DNA of 64,000 bases. Origin: Mobula hypostoma (lineage: Eukaryota). The translations under genes were made by a program, and so were the position numbers. Shown here piece by piece: positions 23,488 to 36,400 of the stretch. Below the pieces are notes generated by a model. The model was not told where the DNA came from. It was given only the letters and a program-made list of their open reading frames with translations, and searched no databases. The stretch covers positions 27,096,001 to 27,160,000 of the forward strand of contig NC_086097.1 in assembly GCF_963921235.1 (NCBI RefSeq), given 5' to 3'. Position 1 is the first letter of the stretch. Every line of letters begins with the position of its first letter.

Positions 23488-25831
23488 CATAGAACATAGA
23501 ATAGTACAGCACAGCACAGCACAGGCCCTTCAGCCCACAATGTTGTGCTGACCCTCAAACCCTGCCTCCCATATAACCCCCCACCTTAAATTCCTCCATA
23601 TACCTGCCTAGCAGTTAAATTTCACTAGTGTATCTGCCTCCACCACTGACTCAGGCAGTGCATTCCACGCACCAACCACTCTCTGAGTAAAAAACCTTCC
23701 TCTAATATCCCCCTTGAACTTCCCATCCCTTACCTTAAAGCCATGTCCTCTTGTATTGAGCAGTGGTGCCCTGGGGAAGAGGCGCTGGCTATCCACTCTA
23801 TCTATTCCTCTTATTATCTTGTACACCTCTATCATGTCTCCTCTCATCCTCCTTCTCTCCAAAGAGTAAAGCCCTAGCACCCTTAATCTCTGATCATAAT
23901 GCATACTTTCTAAACCAGGCAGCATCCTGGTAAATTTCCTCTGTACCTTTTCCAATGCTTCCACATCCTTCCTATAGTGAGGCGACCAGAACTGGACACA
24001 GTACTCCATGTGTGGCCTAACCAGAGTTTTATAGAGCTGCATCATTACATCGCGACTCTTAAGCTCTATCCCTCGACTTATGAAAGCTAACACCCCATAA
24101 GCTTTCTTAACTACCCTATCCACCTGTGAGGCAACTTTCAGGGATCTGTGGACATGTACCCCCAGATCCCTCTGCTCCTCCACACTACCAAGTATCCTGC
24201 CATTTACTTCGTACTCTGCCTTGGAGTTTGTCCTTCCAAAGTGTACCACCTCACACTTCTCCGGGTTGAACTCCATCTGCCACTTCTCAGCCCACTTCTC
24301 TCTGCAATCTTTGACAATCCTCTACACTATCTACAACACCACCAACCTTTGTGTCGTCTGAAAACTTGCCAACCCAGCCTTCTACCCCCACATCCAGGTC
24401 GTTTATAAAAATCACGAAAAGTAGAGGTCCCAGAACAGATCCTTGTGGGACACCACTAGTCACAATCCTCCAATCTGAATGTACTCCCTCCACCACCACC
24501 CTCTGCCTTCTGCAGGCAAGCCAATTCTGAATCCACCTGGCCAAACTTCCCTGGATCTCATGCCTTCTGACTTTCTGAATAAGTCTATCATGTGGAACAT
24601 TATCAAATATCTTACTAAAATCCATATAGATCACATCCACTGCACTACACTTATCTATATGCCTGGTCACCTCCTCAAAGAACTCTATCAGGCTTGTTAG
24701 ACACAATCTGCCTTTCACAAAGCCATGCTGATTGTCCCTGATCAGACCATGATTCTCTAAATGCTTATAGATCCTATCCCTAAGAATCTTTTCCAACAGC
24801 TTTCCCAACACAGACGTAAGACTCACTGGTGTATAATTACCCGGACTATCCCTACCACCTTTTTTGAACAAGGGGGCAACATTTGCCTCCCTCCAATCCT
24901 CCGGTACCATTCCCGTGGACAACGAGGACATAAAGATCCTAACCAGAGGTTCAGCAATCTCCTCCCTCGCCTCGTGGAGCAACCTGGGGAATATTCCGTC
25001 AGGCCCCGGGGACTTATTTGTCCTAATGTATTTTAACAACTCCAACACCTCCTCTCCCTTAATATCAACATGCTCCAGAACATCAACCTCACTCACATTG
25101 TCCTCACCATCATCAAGTTCCCTCTCATTGGTGAATACCAAAGAGAAGTATTCATTGAGGACCTCGCTCACTTCCACAGCCTCCAGGCACATCTTCCCAT
25201 CATTATCTCTAATTGGTCTTACCTTCACTCCTGTCATCCTTTTTTTCTTCACATAATTGAAGAATGCCTTGGGGTTTTCCTTTACCCTACTCACCAAGGC
25301 CTTCTCATGCCCCCTTCTTGCTCTTCTCAGCCCCTTCTTAAGCTCCTTTCTTGCTTCCCTATATTCCTCAATAAACCCATCTGATCCTTGCTTCCTAAAC
25401 CTCATGTATGCTGCCTTCTTCAACCTGACTAGATTTTCCACCTCACTTGTCACCCATGGTTCCTTCACCCTACCATTCTTTATCTTCCTCACCGGGACAA
25501 ATTTATCCCTTACATCCCTCAAGAGATCTCGAAACATCGACCACATGTCCATAGTACATTCCCCTGCAAAAACATCACCCCAATTCACACGCACAAGTTC
25601 TAGCCTTGCAGCCTCATAATTTGCCCTTCCCCAATTAAAAATTTTCCTGTCCTCTCTGATTCTATCCTTTTCCATGATAATGCTAAAGGCCAGGGAGCAG
25701 TGGTCACTGTCCCCCAGATGCTCACCCACTGAAAGATCTGTGACCTGACCCGGTTCATTACCTAGTACTAGATCTAGTATGGCGTTCCCCCTGGTCAGCC
25801 TGTCCACATACTGTGACAGGAATCCGTCCTG
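23488..25831 (-). mobile_element. Young 5'-truncated CR1-clade LINE (ORF2: end of endonuclease, RT, C-terminus)
   Basis: ORFs 24287-25807 and 23608-24276 carry CR1 motifs (KSPGPDG, YMDFSK, GVPQGSVLGPLLF, FSDD, MEFNPEKC, ERRRMRGD). (TTCTATG)n-type tail; TCAAGAA duplicated at 23481-23487 and 25832-25838. Confidence 0.95.
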
Positions 25832-25838
25832 TCAAGAA

Positions 25839-26615
25839 TGTGTGCTTAGCCCACTGCTCTATACTCTCTACACCCACAATTGTCTAGCAAGGCACAGCTC
25901 AAACGTCATCTATAAATTTGCCGACACACAACTGTTGGGAGAATTTCAGACAGGAACAAGGAGGCATACAGAGGCGAGATAGATCAGCTGGTTGAGTGGT
26001 GTTGCAACAGCAACTTTGCACTCAACGAGGGATCAGCAGTTTCAATTTCCTGGGTGTCAACATCTCTGAAGATCTATCCTGAGTCTGACATATTGATGAC
26101 AGTGGCTATATTTCATTCGGAGTTTGAGGAGATTTGGTTTGTCACCAAAGACACTGGCAAATTTCTACAGCTGCATGGTAGACAGTATCACTGCCTGGTA
26201 CGGAGGGAACACTGCACAGGATCGGAAAAATCAGCAGTAAGTTGTAAACTCAGCCAGCTCCATCAAGGGCACTAGCCTCCCCATCATTGAGGACACCTTA
26301 AAAATGCGGTGGCATCCATCATTGAGGACCCCTTTCACCCAGGACATGCCCTAGCATCAGGGACAAGGCACAGGAGCCTCAAGACACAGACTCAATGTTT
26401 CAGGGACAGACTCTTCCCCTCCCCTATCAGATTTCTGAATGGACAATGAAACCATGAACACTACCTCATCTTTTTGCTCTCTTTTTGCACTAAATTTAAT
26501 CTTTAAATGTATATTTATTGTAATTTATAGTTAAAAATTATGTATTGTAATGTACCGCTGTTGCAAAATAACAAATTTCATGACATTTGCCAGTGATATT
26601 AAAAACGATTCTGAT
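25839..26615 (+). mobile_element. Rex1/Babar-type LINE 3' portion; continues 23455-23487 and hosts the CR1 insertion
   Basis: TINTDTPQE|CVLSPLLYTLYTH...YKFAD reconstitutes across the CR1 insertion. Confidence 0.8.
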
Positions 26616-27176
26616 TTTTTTAAATTGTGACGTCATTTTTTTAATGTCCTGCACTGTACTGCTGCCACAAAACAACAAACTTCACTACATACATTAGTGA
26701 TAATTAATCTGATCTTGATTTGAATGACGCTCACACATTTTAAACATACTCTCCGTTTAAAACAGAGTTTGAACCAACACAGACTATTTGTCAGTGTGAC
26801 ACCATCCAAATGGTGGAGAGGCTCAGCAGTTCAGGCAGCATCTATGGAGTGGAATCAAGAGTTGACATTTTGGGCCAAGACTCTTCATCAGGACTGAAAA
26901 ATGAAGTCTTTAGTCCTTTCCACAGATGCTGCCTGACCTGCTGTGTTCCTCCAGCATTTTGTGTGTGTTAGTCCGGATTTATAGTATCTGCAGAATCTCT
27001 TGTGTTTATGACATCCTTGGGTGTGGTGGTTGTTAAGGAAAATGACACATTTCACTGCATGTTTCGATGTGCACATGATAAATAAATCTGAAATAAATGG
27101 AATAATTTTTAACCCTGTTTTTAAACTGCCTTTAAATGTTTTTGATTGAGATCTGGATGCAAACTGTTTGACTCAC

Positions 27177-27349
27177 CTGTCTGTCAGGGTCCTCACAGTC
27201 ATCCTCCGTTTGACCCTTTGCCTTACTAGCTCGCCATGGCAACCAGTGCTTGGAATCCCGGGCACTTTCCACCTGCATCCAGAGCTGCCACTTGGGTAGG
27301 GTCTTGTCTTTGATTTCTTCTTCATCTTCATCCTCTTCTTCGTCATCTC
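27177..27349 (-). CDS. NRDE2: NRDE2 coding exon (GDDEEE...EDPDRQ)
   Basis: Acidic stretch followed by EIKDKTLPKWQLW...HWLPWR...CEDPDRQ. ggctAG acceptor, CAG|GTGAGT donor; 173 nt, phase 1 to 0. Confidence 0.95.
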
Positions 27350-29549
27350 CTAGCCATGTTAAAAGGAGAGGATTTGAACAAGAAACAGAATACCTCGGGG
27401 CCTGGGTACTCAAGTTTTTGTAGTGGCACCACAGATTAGAATGGCTGTCAAAACCTTTCATCCTAAAGCTATGGTCTCTGGTTCTAGTCTTACCAAATCT
27501 GAAGGGAAAAAGCCTGCACGCACTCTTCCTATCTATACCCGTCATAGTTTTGCACATCTCTAAGACCTCTCTTTACAATCCTGCTGCTATGAAAGCATTG
27601 TGGATCTCCATTCACAGGTCCCTTTGTTCTGTGGCACACATCAGAGCCCTACCATTCATTGTGCAAGTCTTACCTAGTTGCTACATGCAACACCTCACAC
27701 TTTTCTACATTAAATTCCTCTGACATTTTTCACTCCATTTTACCAGGTAGTCCAGATCACGCTGCAGGCTTTGATACCTCCTACTACAGCCCCACTTTGG
27801 CTCTCATCTGCAAATTTACTGATCCAGTTTACCACATTATCATCTACATCATCAATATAGTTAATAAACAATGGACCCAGCAGTGACCCTTGCGCACACC
27901 ATTAGTCATAGTTCTCCAGTCAAGAGAGAAGACCACCTATTATTTTTGCTAACGTCCACCACCTTTCCTTCATCAACCTTCTTGGTAACCTCCTTGAAAA
28001 ACTCGATACAAAATTGGCTAGACCCAGTCTACAATACACAAAGCCATGTTGACCATCCCAAATCAAGACCTGTCTATCCAACTACTTCTGTATTTTATTG
28101 TTTTACCTTGTTCTACCTCAATGCACTATGTAATGATTTGATCTGTGTGACAGTATGCAAAACAAGCCTTTCGATGTGTCTTGGTACATTTGACAATAGT
28201 AAACCAACATCAATAAATTCAATACAAATGCTTATGCTCAATACAATGTATCCTGTCCCTGAAAATACCTTCAAATAAATTATCCATGACTGATGTCAGG
28301 CTCACTTGCCTATAATTTCCTGGCTTATTTCTAGAGCCTTTTTCCAACAATGGAACAACATTAGCCATCATCCAATCCTCTGGCACCCCTGCCAGTGTCA
28401 TTACAGCATCACCATCCTCCAGCAATTAAGAAAAGGTAAAGCATCAGGAACCACGCTAGACAGAATCACTAGGATTGGGGTTTGGATGACTGATGTGTAT
28501 TTAGGAAACCCGGTCAAAGATGTTGAAGGAAGCAAATAGAACAAGGGGTATAGTAATAAAATACATTTTCAATCCAGCCTTAAACTTACAAAATCTTCAC
28601 AAAGCAATAGCATATAGGACTAGCTCTCCCTAGCATACCCTTAGCAAATGTACAGTCACTGGAGGATAGAGGATCTAAGGGCAAAATTGCTGTGTTGGAG
28701 GGAAATGAATGATTGCTGCATTCTCTGTTTCACTAACACATGGCTCACCCTCAACACTCCAGATGCGGCACTCTAGCCTGAGGGGTTCTTAATCTACCAG
28801 ATGGACTGAACTGCGGCATCAGGAAAGGACAGAGGTGGTGGATCACCCAGGACATGCTGCCTCTGGGAAGTAGGTACCGGAGCCTTAGATCCCATGCCGT
28901 CAGGTTCAGGAACAGTTATAACCCTTCAACCATCAGGCTCCTTGACCATTGTGGGTAGCTTCACTCACCTGAACTCTGAACTGATTACATAACCTATGGA
29001 TTCACTTACAAGGACGTTACGACTCATGTTCTCAGTATTATTTATTTATTTTTGTTTAAATTTGTACAGTTTGTCTTCTTTTGCACATTGGTTGTTTGTC
29101 TATCTTTGTATATATTGTGCAGTCACCGCTACAAAATCAAACACGAAGAGGGAAGGTCTGCCTCAAAGGAGGGGCTCAATGCCACGGACCTAGGACAGCA
29201 AAGCCCAGCAGGACAATATCCTTGGACAGTCACCGAAACGTATCTGGATAGCATGGTAGCATGGCGGTTCAGCTCAGTCGCTTTACAGCGGCAGCCATCA
29301 CCAACCGGGTTCAATTCTGTATGTTCTACCCCACGGCCAAGCGAGTTTCCTCCGGGTGCTCCAGTTTCCTCACACGTTCCAAAGATGTACCGGTTAAAGT
29401 CGAAGGCATGCTACGTTAGCACAGGAAGCTAAGTGGTACTTGCAGGCTGCCCCCTAGCAAAATCCTCACTGATTTGATTTGATGCATTTCACTGTCTGCT
29501 TCGATGTACATGTGACAAATAAAGCTTCTTTAAGCAGAAAGTGACCCAC

Positions 29550-29673
29550 CTTCCTCGTTGACGATTACCCATCCACCCTTCTCCTGCTGCCGCATCCACG
29601 CCCTCCAGCCTCTCCCTCCTACTTCTCCGAATCGGGGTTCACCACTATCCCAGAACGGCTCAAAGAATTCCAC
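29550..29673 (-). CDS. NRDE2: NRDE2 coding exon (VEFFEPFWDSGEPRFGE...GGWVIVNEE)
   Basis: Read manually; absent from the ORF track. VEFFEPFWDSGEPRFGEVGGRGWRAWMRQQEKGGWV. aaacAG acceptor, G|GTGGGT donor; 124 nt, phase 0 to 1. Confidence 0.95.
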
Positions 29674-29958
29674 CTGTTTGGGAAAACAGATGCAACATGT
29701 TTAGCATTGATAAGAGTCAGAACTACCTGGGAAGGCCATGTGCAGGGCCTAGTGTTATTTGCTGACGTCAGCCAGTTCAGCAGCTCGTACTTATCTCTGG
29801 TTACAATGCCGGCTACAGTTCATAGCTTGGTGTTTGTCATCGAAGTTTAGTATAATAGTTCTCTTCTCACCTTAAACCTGTGCCCTCTCTTTTTTGACTC
29901 CCGTTCCCTGGAAAAGATTGTGTACATTCACTCAATTATTGCCCCTCTTGACTTTATA

Positions 29959-30472
29959 CACTCAGTGTTAGGTACACCTGCTTGTAATGCAAATATCTAA
30001 ACAGCCAGTCATGTGGCAGATACTCAATACATAAAAGCATACAGACATGGTCAAGTGGTTCAGCTGTTGTTCAAACCAAGCATCAGAATGGGAAAGAAAT
30101 ATGATTTAAGTGACTTTGACCATGGAATGATTGTTGGTGCCAGATGGGGTGATTTGAGTATCTCAGAAACTGCTGGTCTGAGACCTTCAGTCACAACAGT
30201 CTCTAGAGTTTATAAAGAATGGCAAACTTTCAGTGAGCAGCTGATCTTTGGGTGAAAAGGCCTTGTTAACGAGAAAGGTTAGAGGAGATTGGCCAGACTG
30301 GTCCAAACTGACAGAAAGGTGACATTAACTCAAATAACCATGCCTTACAACAGTGGTGTGCAGAACAGCATCTCTGAACACACAACATGTCGAATCTTGA
30401 AGTGGATGGGCTACAGCAACACAAGACAACACCAGGTTCCAGTCTTGTACCTATCAAAGTGGCCTCTCACTA
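29959..30472 (+). mobile_element. Second copy of the non-autonomous Tc1-like element
   Basis: TA|CACTCAG start, MGKKYDLSDFDHGMIVGARWGDLSISETA; colinear with 17295-17832. Confidence 0.85.
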
Positions 30473-33400
30473 TATATCCCTTATGACTTACACAACTCTA
30501 CAAGGTCTTTTTATTTCTGAGCAAAAGAAGCTGAGGGATGATGTTTTAAAGATCAGGGTCACATAGAAAGATGTGGATCAGGAAAGCAGTTTATCCTGCC
30601 CTTGATCAACAACCAGCAGGATTTTCCTTCATAGCCCCAAACCAGAATGAGGTTCTCCATGCTGCTCCCTGGACAGTCTATATCAACACTGGGTGCAGCC
30701 CAGTCATAGGGAGGGGATCAGGGCTCAAGAATAGGGATGTCAGCGAACGTACCGGACAGCAGATACGCCAGTTCTGTCAGACCACCATCTGCCAGCCTCA
30801 TTAACATCCTCTTTAACACAGCTGGACAAAAGCTTGTAGCAGAGAGAATTACAATCATGCACTAAATTACAAAGCTTCTTTTCACTAAACTGGGATGGCC
30901 TCTTGACCTTGAGATCTCAGTGAAATCTTCCAAATATTGAAAGGCCTAGATAGAGTGAATGTGCAGAGGATGTTGCCAATAGTGGGACAGCATAGAACCA
31001 GAGGGCATAGCCTCAGACATAAAGAACAGGGAACAGAGACGAGGAGGATTTTCTTTAGCCAGAGGGTGGTGAATCTGCAATTCACTGCCACAGATGGCTG
31101 TGGAGGCCAAGTCATTGGGTATATTTACAATGGAGGTTGAGAGGCTATTGATGAGTAAGGTGATCAAAAGTTAAGGCAGAAAATTGGGTTGAGAGGGAAA
31201 GTCAATCAGACTTGATGGGACAAATGTTAGCAAAATCACAGGTGGTGATGAGGAGGTGTATTGGAATGAGATAGACTGGCTGGTAGAGTGGTATCGCAGC
31301 AACAAGCCTGCACTCAACATCAGTGAAACCAAGCAATTGATTGTGGACTTCAGGAAGGGGAAGTTGGGAGAATACACATCAGTCTTCATCGAGGAGTCTG
31401 TAGTGGAAAAGGTGAGCATCTTCAGCTTCCTGAGTATCAACATCTCTGAAGATCTATCCTGCGCCCAACATATTGATGCAGTCACAAGACGGTATGTCAC
31501 CAAAGACTCTAGCAAATTTCTACAGATGTGCTGTGGACAGCATTCTGACTGGTTGCATCACTGTCTAGCACGGCATCAGGAGGTTGTAAACACAGCTAGC
31601 TCATCATGGGCACCTGCCACCCTGCCATCGAGGACATCTTCAAAGGAAGGTAGTATCCATCACAAAGGGCCTTCAGCATCCAGGACATGACCTCTTCTCA
31701 TCACTATCTTCAGGGAGGAAGTACAATGTTTCAGGAATAGCTTCTTCCTATCTCTGCCAACAGATTTCTGTTCGATCCGTGAACCCATGAAAACTACTTA
31801 GCTCTCTTTTTGCACTACTTTTTAATATATTTCTTATTGTAACTTATAGTATTTTTTATGTATTGTACGGTCCTGTTCCCTCAAAACAACAAATTTCACA
31901 ACAAATATCAGTGATAATAAATCTGATTCCAATTCTTAAATTAAGCAACCAGGCAAATTAGCAACTGCTCTACAGTCTCCTGACTAAAGGCCTGGCACAT
32001 GGGGAACTAAGATCACCATGCCATTGCAGCCAACCAGGAAATAAATAAATGCGTCACATTATGAAGGGCGTGACCAAACATGGAATGGGGCTCAGTGGGC
32101 TTTCCTCTGTACTGGTCAGTGTCAGACACTACCACCTGACTGAGTAACTGAACAAGACAGCCCTTGTGTCCTGGAGCAGACTTGGAGGGAATCTGAAATG
32201 ACAGAACCAAGGTGAGGCAGAGTTGAAGCAGCAGAGCCCGGGCCTGTGAGCAAGGAACAAGCCGAGGTTAGACCGGTTTAAGCCCCAGGCCGAATTGGAA
32301 AGGTCGGGTACAGGCCGAATCAAGGTGGCAGATCCCAGGCCCGAGAGCATATTGAAGTGTCAGGGCCCAAGTCCAAGTGCAAGGGACAATGCACTGTTTG
32401 GCTGATTTAAGTACCAGGCCAGATTGAAAAGATCAGAGTGTTGGGACCGGAGGTGAAGTGTGGACTGATTTTCAACTCGCTGCTCTGCGAAGTTTATTGT
32501 CTCTGTGCTGAGCTAAGACTGCGGCCTGCAGGTAACAGACTCCTCGATCGGCTGTGACAGGCTTCGTGGCTGTTGACTCACTTTTGTGAACTACAGTTTT
32601 GAAAGTTATTTGTGTATTTTTATTGGTAGCATGATTTGCTTTTTTTTCTGCACATTGGGTGCTTGACAGTTTTTTAAAATGAATTCTACTGGGTTTCCTT
32701 GTTTTGTGACTGCCTGTAAGGAGACAAATCTCAAGGTTGTATATGGTATACATACTTTGATAGTAATGTACTTTAAACGTTGGAGGGTTGTACTCATTGA
32801 TTTCAGGAAGGGGGACGGTGCACAGTGTTGAGATTGAGAAGGTTGAGCGCTTCAAATTTCTGGGAGTGAACACTGTCCTAGTCCAATCACATACATGTCC
32901 TGGCCAAGATAGCTTATCAATGCCTCTACTCCCTCAGGAAGTTAAAGAAATTTGGCATGTCTCCATCATCTTAATCAATTTTATCAATGCGCCATAGAAC
33001 GGATCATAATGGCTTAACAACCACTCTGTATGTGACTGCAAGAAACATCAGCACAGCCCAGCTTCCCCTCGATGGACTCTCTCTATATTTCTCACTGCAT
33101 CAGTAAAGCGGTCAGCATAATCAAATACACACCCTACCCAGAACATTCTTTCTTTTACCCCTTTCCATCAGGCAGAAGATACAAAAGCTTGAAAGTATGC
33201 ACCACCAGGCACAAGTACAGGTTCTGCCCCGCAGTTATAAGACTATTAAATGGTTCCCTTGTACAATGAGTTGGTGTCTTGACCTCACCATCTACCTCAT
33301 TATGATTTTGCATCTCACTGCACTTTCTCTACACTTTATTATACATTTTGTTATTGCTTCTACCTCAATGCACTGGGTAATGACCTGTTCTATATGAACA

Positions 33401-36400
33401 GTATGCAAGACAAGCTTTTGACTGTCTCTTGGTGCATGCAACATTAATAAACCATTTCCAATTCAATGACTTAAAGCCCACAGGAAAGTCTTCAGATGCA
33501 TTATGGATACCAGCCCATTTTGTCTGGTTATCACAATGATACTCATTTATATCAGGTTAAGAACATGTTTGCAATTCTACAAAATGAACCATCCAAAGTG
33601 AAAATAATGAGAATAAAAATTGCCTTGATTCCTGCTGCCTCAATTTAAAGCTTACATAAAAGGAGATGACAAATTGTATTATTTACAGGCAAGAGTAATA
33701 TGTCACCTCTTGCTGACAGGGGAAGCTTGCATTTAATCCGCTTGAAATTTTCTGAAGCCTCTGTAATTTGTACCCTGTCACCAAGTGCAGGGAAGAAAAT
33801 CCACTGGGAATGTGCACTGCTGCCTCATCCTTAATCCATGGAAAATCCATACGCTTAGCCATAAGTAATTAAAACTTTTGTACTGCACTGTCATACTGCG
33901 GTAGAACAGTGAATCCACAGGGAAGTCTCAATTACCAGCATGGAGAATGGATTACAGTGACCTCTCAGATTCTTTGCTGAATATGAGGAGCATCTGAAAG
34001 TGAGGATTCCTCCGTCTGCCCTCCCTGGCGGAGGTAAAATATCTTTTGGCACTGTCCTATGAATGGAGAGGTCCTCCCTGGAGCCAAGGCCGACATTTAA
34101 TCCTCAACAGACAGGTTATCCAGGCATGATCACGTTGCTGGGCAGAACTTGGCATCATCACCTCTACTGCAAAGGAATTTTGGCATGACCCTCACTAACT
34201 TTTATAGATGCACTACAGAGAGCATCCTATCAAGATGCAACACAGCTTGGAATAGATTAGATTATTTTTAGATTGGCTTTATTTGTCACATGTACATTGA
34301 AACGTGTCATTTGCATCAATGACCAATACAGTCCGAATATGTGCAGATGTTTCAAGAAGGCGTTTGCGACCGATGGCAACGTCCTGCAGACAGTCACAAA
34401 ACTGTTTCTTTTACTACCTCTTCTTTCAAATATGATTCTACTACTAAGCTGCGTGTGATTGGAACCTGCGATTCACATTTTGACGGTGTGTCTTTGGACT
34501 GATTGAGCGATCTGGCACTTTGCTGGCTCCGTGGGAGTTTGATGAGGTAGGGAGCAGGGTGTGCGGCCTAGAGCCCATGACTGACTCTGGTGCTCCTCTC
34601 CAGTTGTGGCGTTGAGCAAGACTGGAGTCGGTGAGGATGAAAGTGGAGAACGGTGGTTGCTCGCCGCTGTCTGACTGCGTTTGACCAAGTCTTCCTCTCC
34701 CTCCCACTAGCTGCTGTTGGGGGAAAAGTGCAGTTTTGTGCTCTGCGTTGTAAAGACTGACGGTGAGGCTCGAGGCTGTGGACTCATTTTGAGGGTCTTT
34801 GAGATTCATGTTGCAAGTACTACTGGATTCCAGTTACTCTTTTTATTCCTGTTTTAGAGTGGTTGGTTTGGGATGATTGGTGAGGCCAGGGGCACTCCGG
34901 TGAGCCTGGCTCTAGGGCCTGCAGTCGGCTAGCAGCATTGAACTGAACTGAACTGAACGCTCCTGGACTCTTAGGATCAATGTTGATATTCTATGCGTTG
35001 TTCGCTCGCTTCTTGTCATTTGCGCAGTTTTTTTGGCATGTGGGATGTCTGATGTTTTCCCTGGAACGGGTTCCATGCTGTTTCTTTGTTCCGTGGCTGC
35101 CTGTGGGAGGATGGACCTCAGAGTTGTAATTCTGTAAGGGTACTTTGACAATAAATGTACTCTCAACTTTGAACTGTCACCATGCTTTTGGCGCCAACAT
35201 GGCGTGCCCAGAGCTTAGTAACCCCAACCGAGCACGCGGAGGAAACCCACATGATCGCAGGGGGAACATTCAAACTCCTGACAGTGGCGGGAATTGAAAC
35301 CTGTAAGGTGCTGTGCTAATCGCCATGCTACCAACGGCTCGGACTAAAATTATAGAACAGTGCAGACACAGCTCAATCCATCACGAAAGCCAATCTCCCC
35401 TCCATTGATACGAACAGACCCCTCCCTGCCTCAGTAGAGCAGACAGCATAATCGAAGATCCCTGTCACCCTGGTCATTCAATCTTCTCCCCACTTCCATT
35501 GGGCAGAAGATGAGAAGCTTGAAAACACACGCCACCAGACTCAAGGACATGTTCTACCTCACTGTGATAGACTCTTGATTGGACAATTTGTCTGATAAAG
35601 GTGAACTCTTGATCTCCCAACCTTTCTCAAGGAAGCCCTTGTACCTTATTTGTCAACCTCCACTGTACTATCTCCGTAACTGTACAGTACTGTAACTATG
35701 CTGCAATATGCTGCTGTTTATTTTCTTTGTAATGCCTTGATATCCTTGTGCCTGGGTTAATATAAACAAACGCTTTCTGCTGCATCTCAGTGTGACAATA
35801 ATGACCTAATTACCAGTTGTTCCCCATGCCACAGCAGTGGAGGGGGTGGGGGAGTGATGTGGCGTTGTCACTGGATATAAAATAGCATAGGGCATTTGAC
35901 CTATGAAAGCTGGGGTCATGGCATCAAGGTCAAAGGGTGAAAGGATAGAGAGGCTGTTTGGAAAAATCAACATTGAATTATGAAAAGGAAACCTGTTATG
36001 AGCTTTTAGAGACTATAGTCAGCAGAGTAGAAAAAGTGAAGAAATTGATGTGGTGAACGTGGGGGATCTCATTGAAATCTGCTGAATATTGAAAGAAGGA
36101 AGGGATGCTTCCAGTAGTGAGAGAGTCTAGGACCAGAGGGCACAGCCTCAGTATTAAGAAAATCCATTCAGAACAGAGATGAGGAGAAATTTCTTTCACC
36201 AGAGGGTGATGAATCTGTGAAATTCATTGTCACAGATGGCTGCGGAGGTCAATCGTTGGGTATATTTAAAGAGGAGTTTCTTGATTAGAAACGGGGGCAA
36301 AGAGTACAGGGAGAAGGCAGGGAATGAGGTTGAGAACAATAATGGCGAAGTAGATTCAATGGGCCGAAGAACCTAATTCTGCTCCTGTGTCTTATGGCCT

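Noticed and set aside
30560..30830. 77-aa plus-strand ORF in unique-looking sequence
   Set aside because: No recognisable motif or convincing splice signals.
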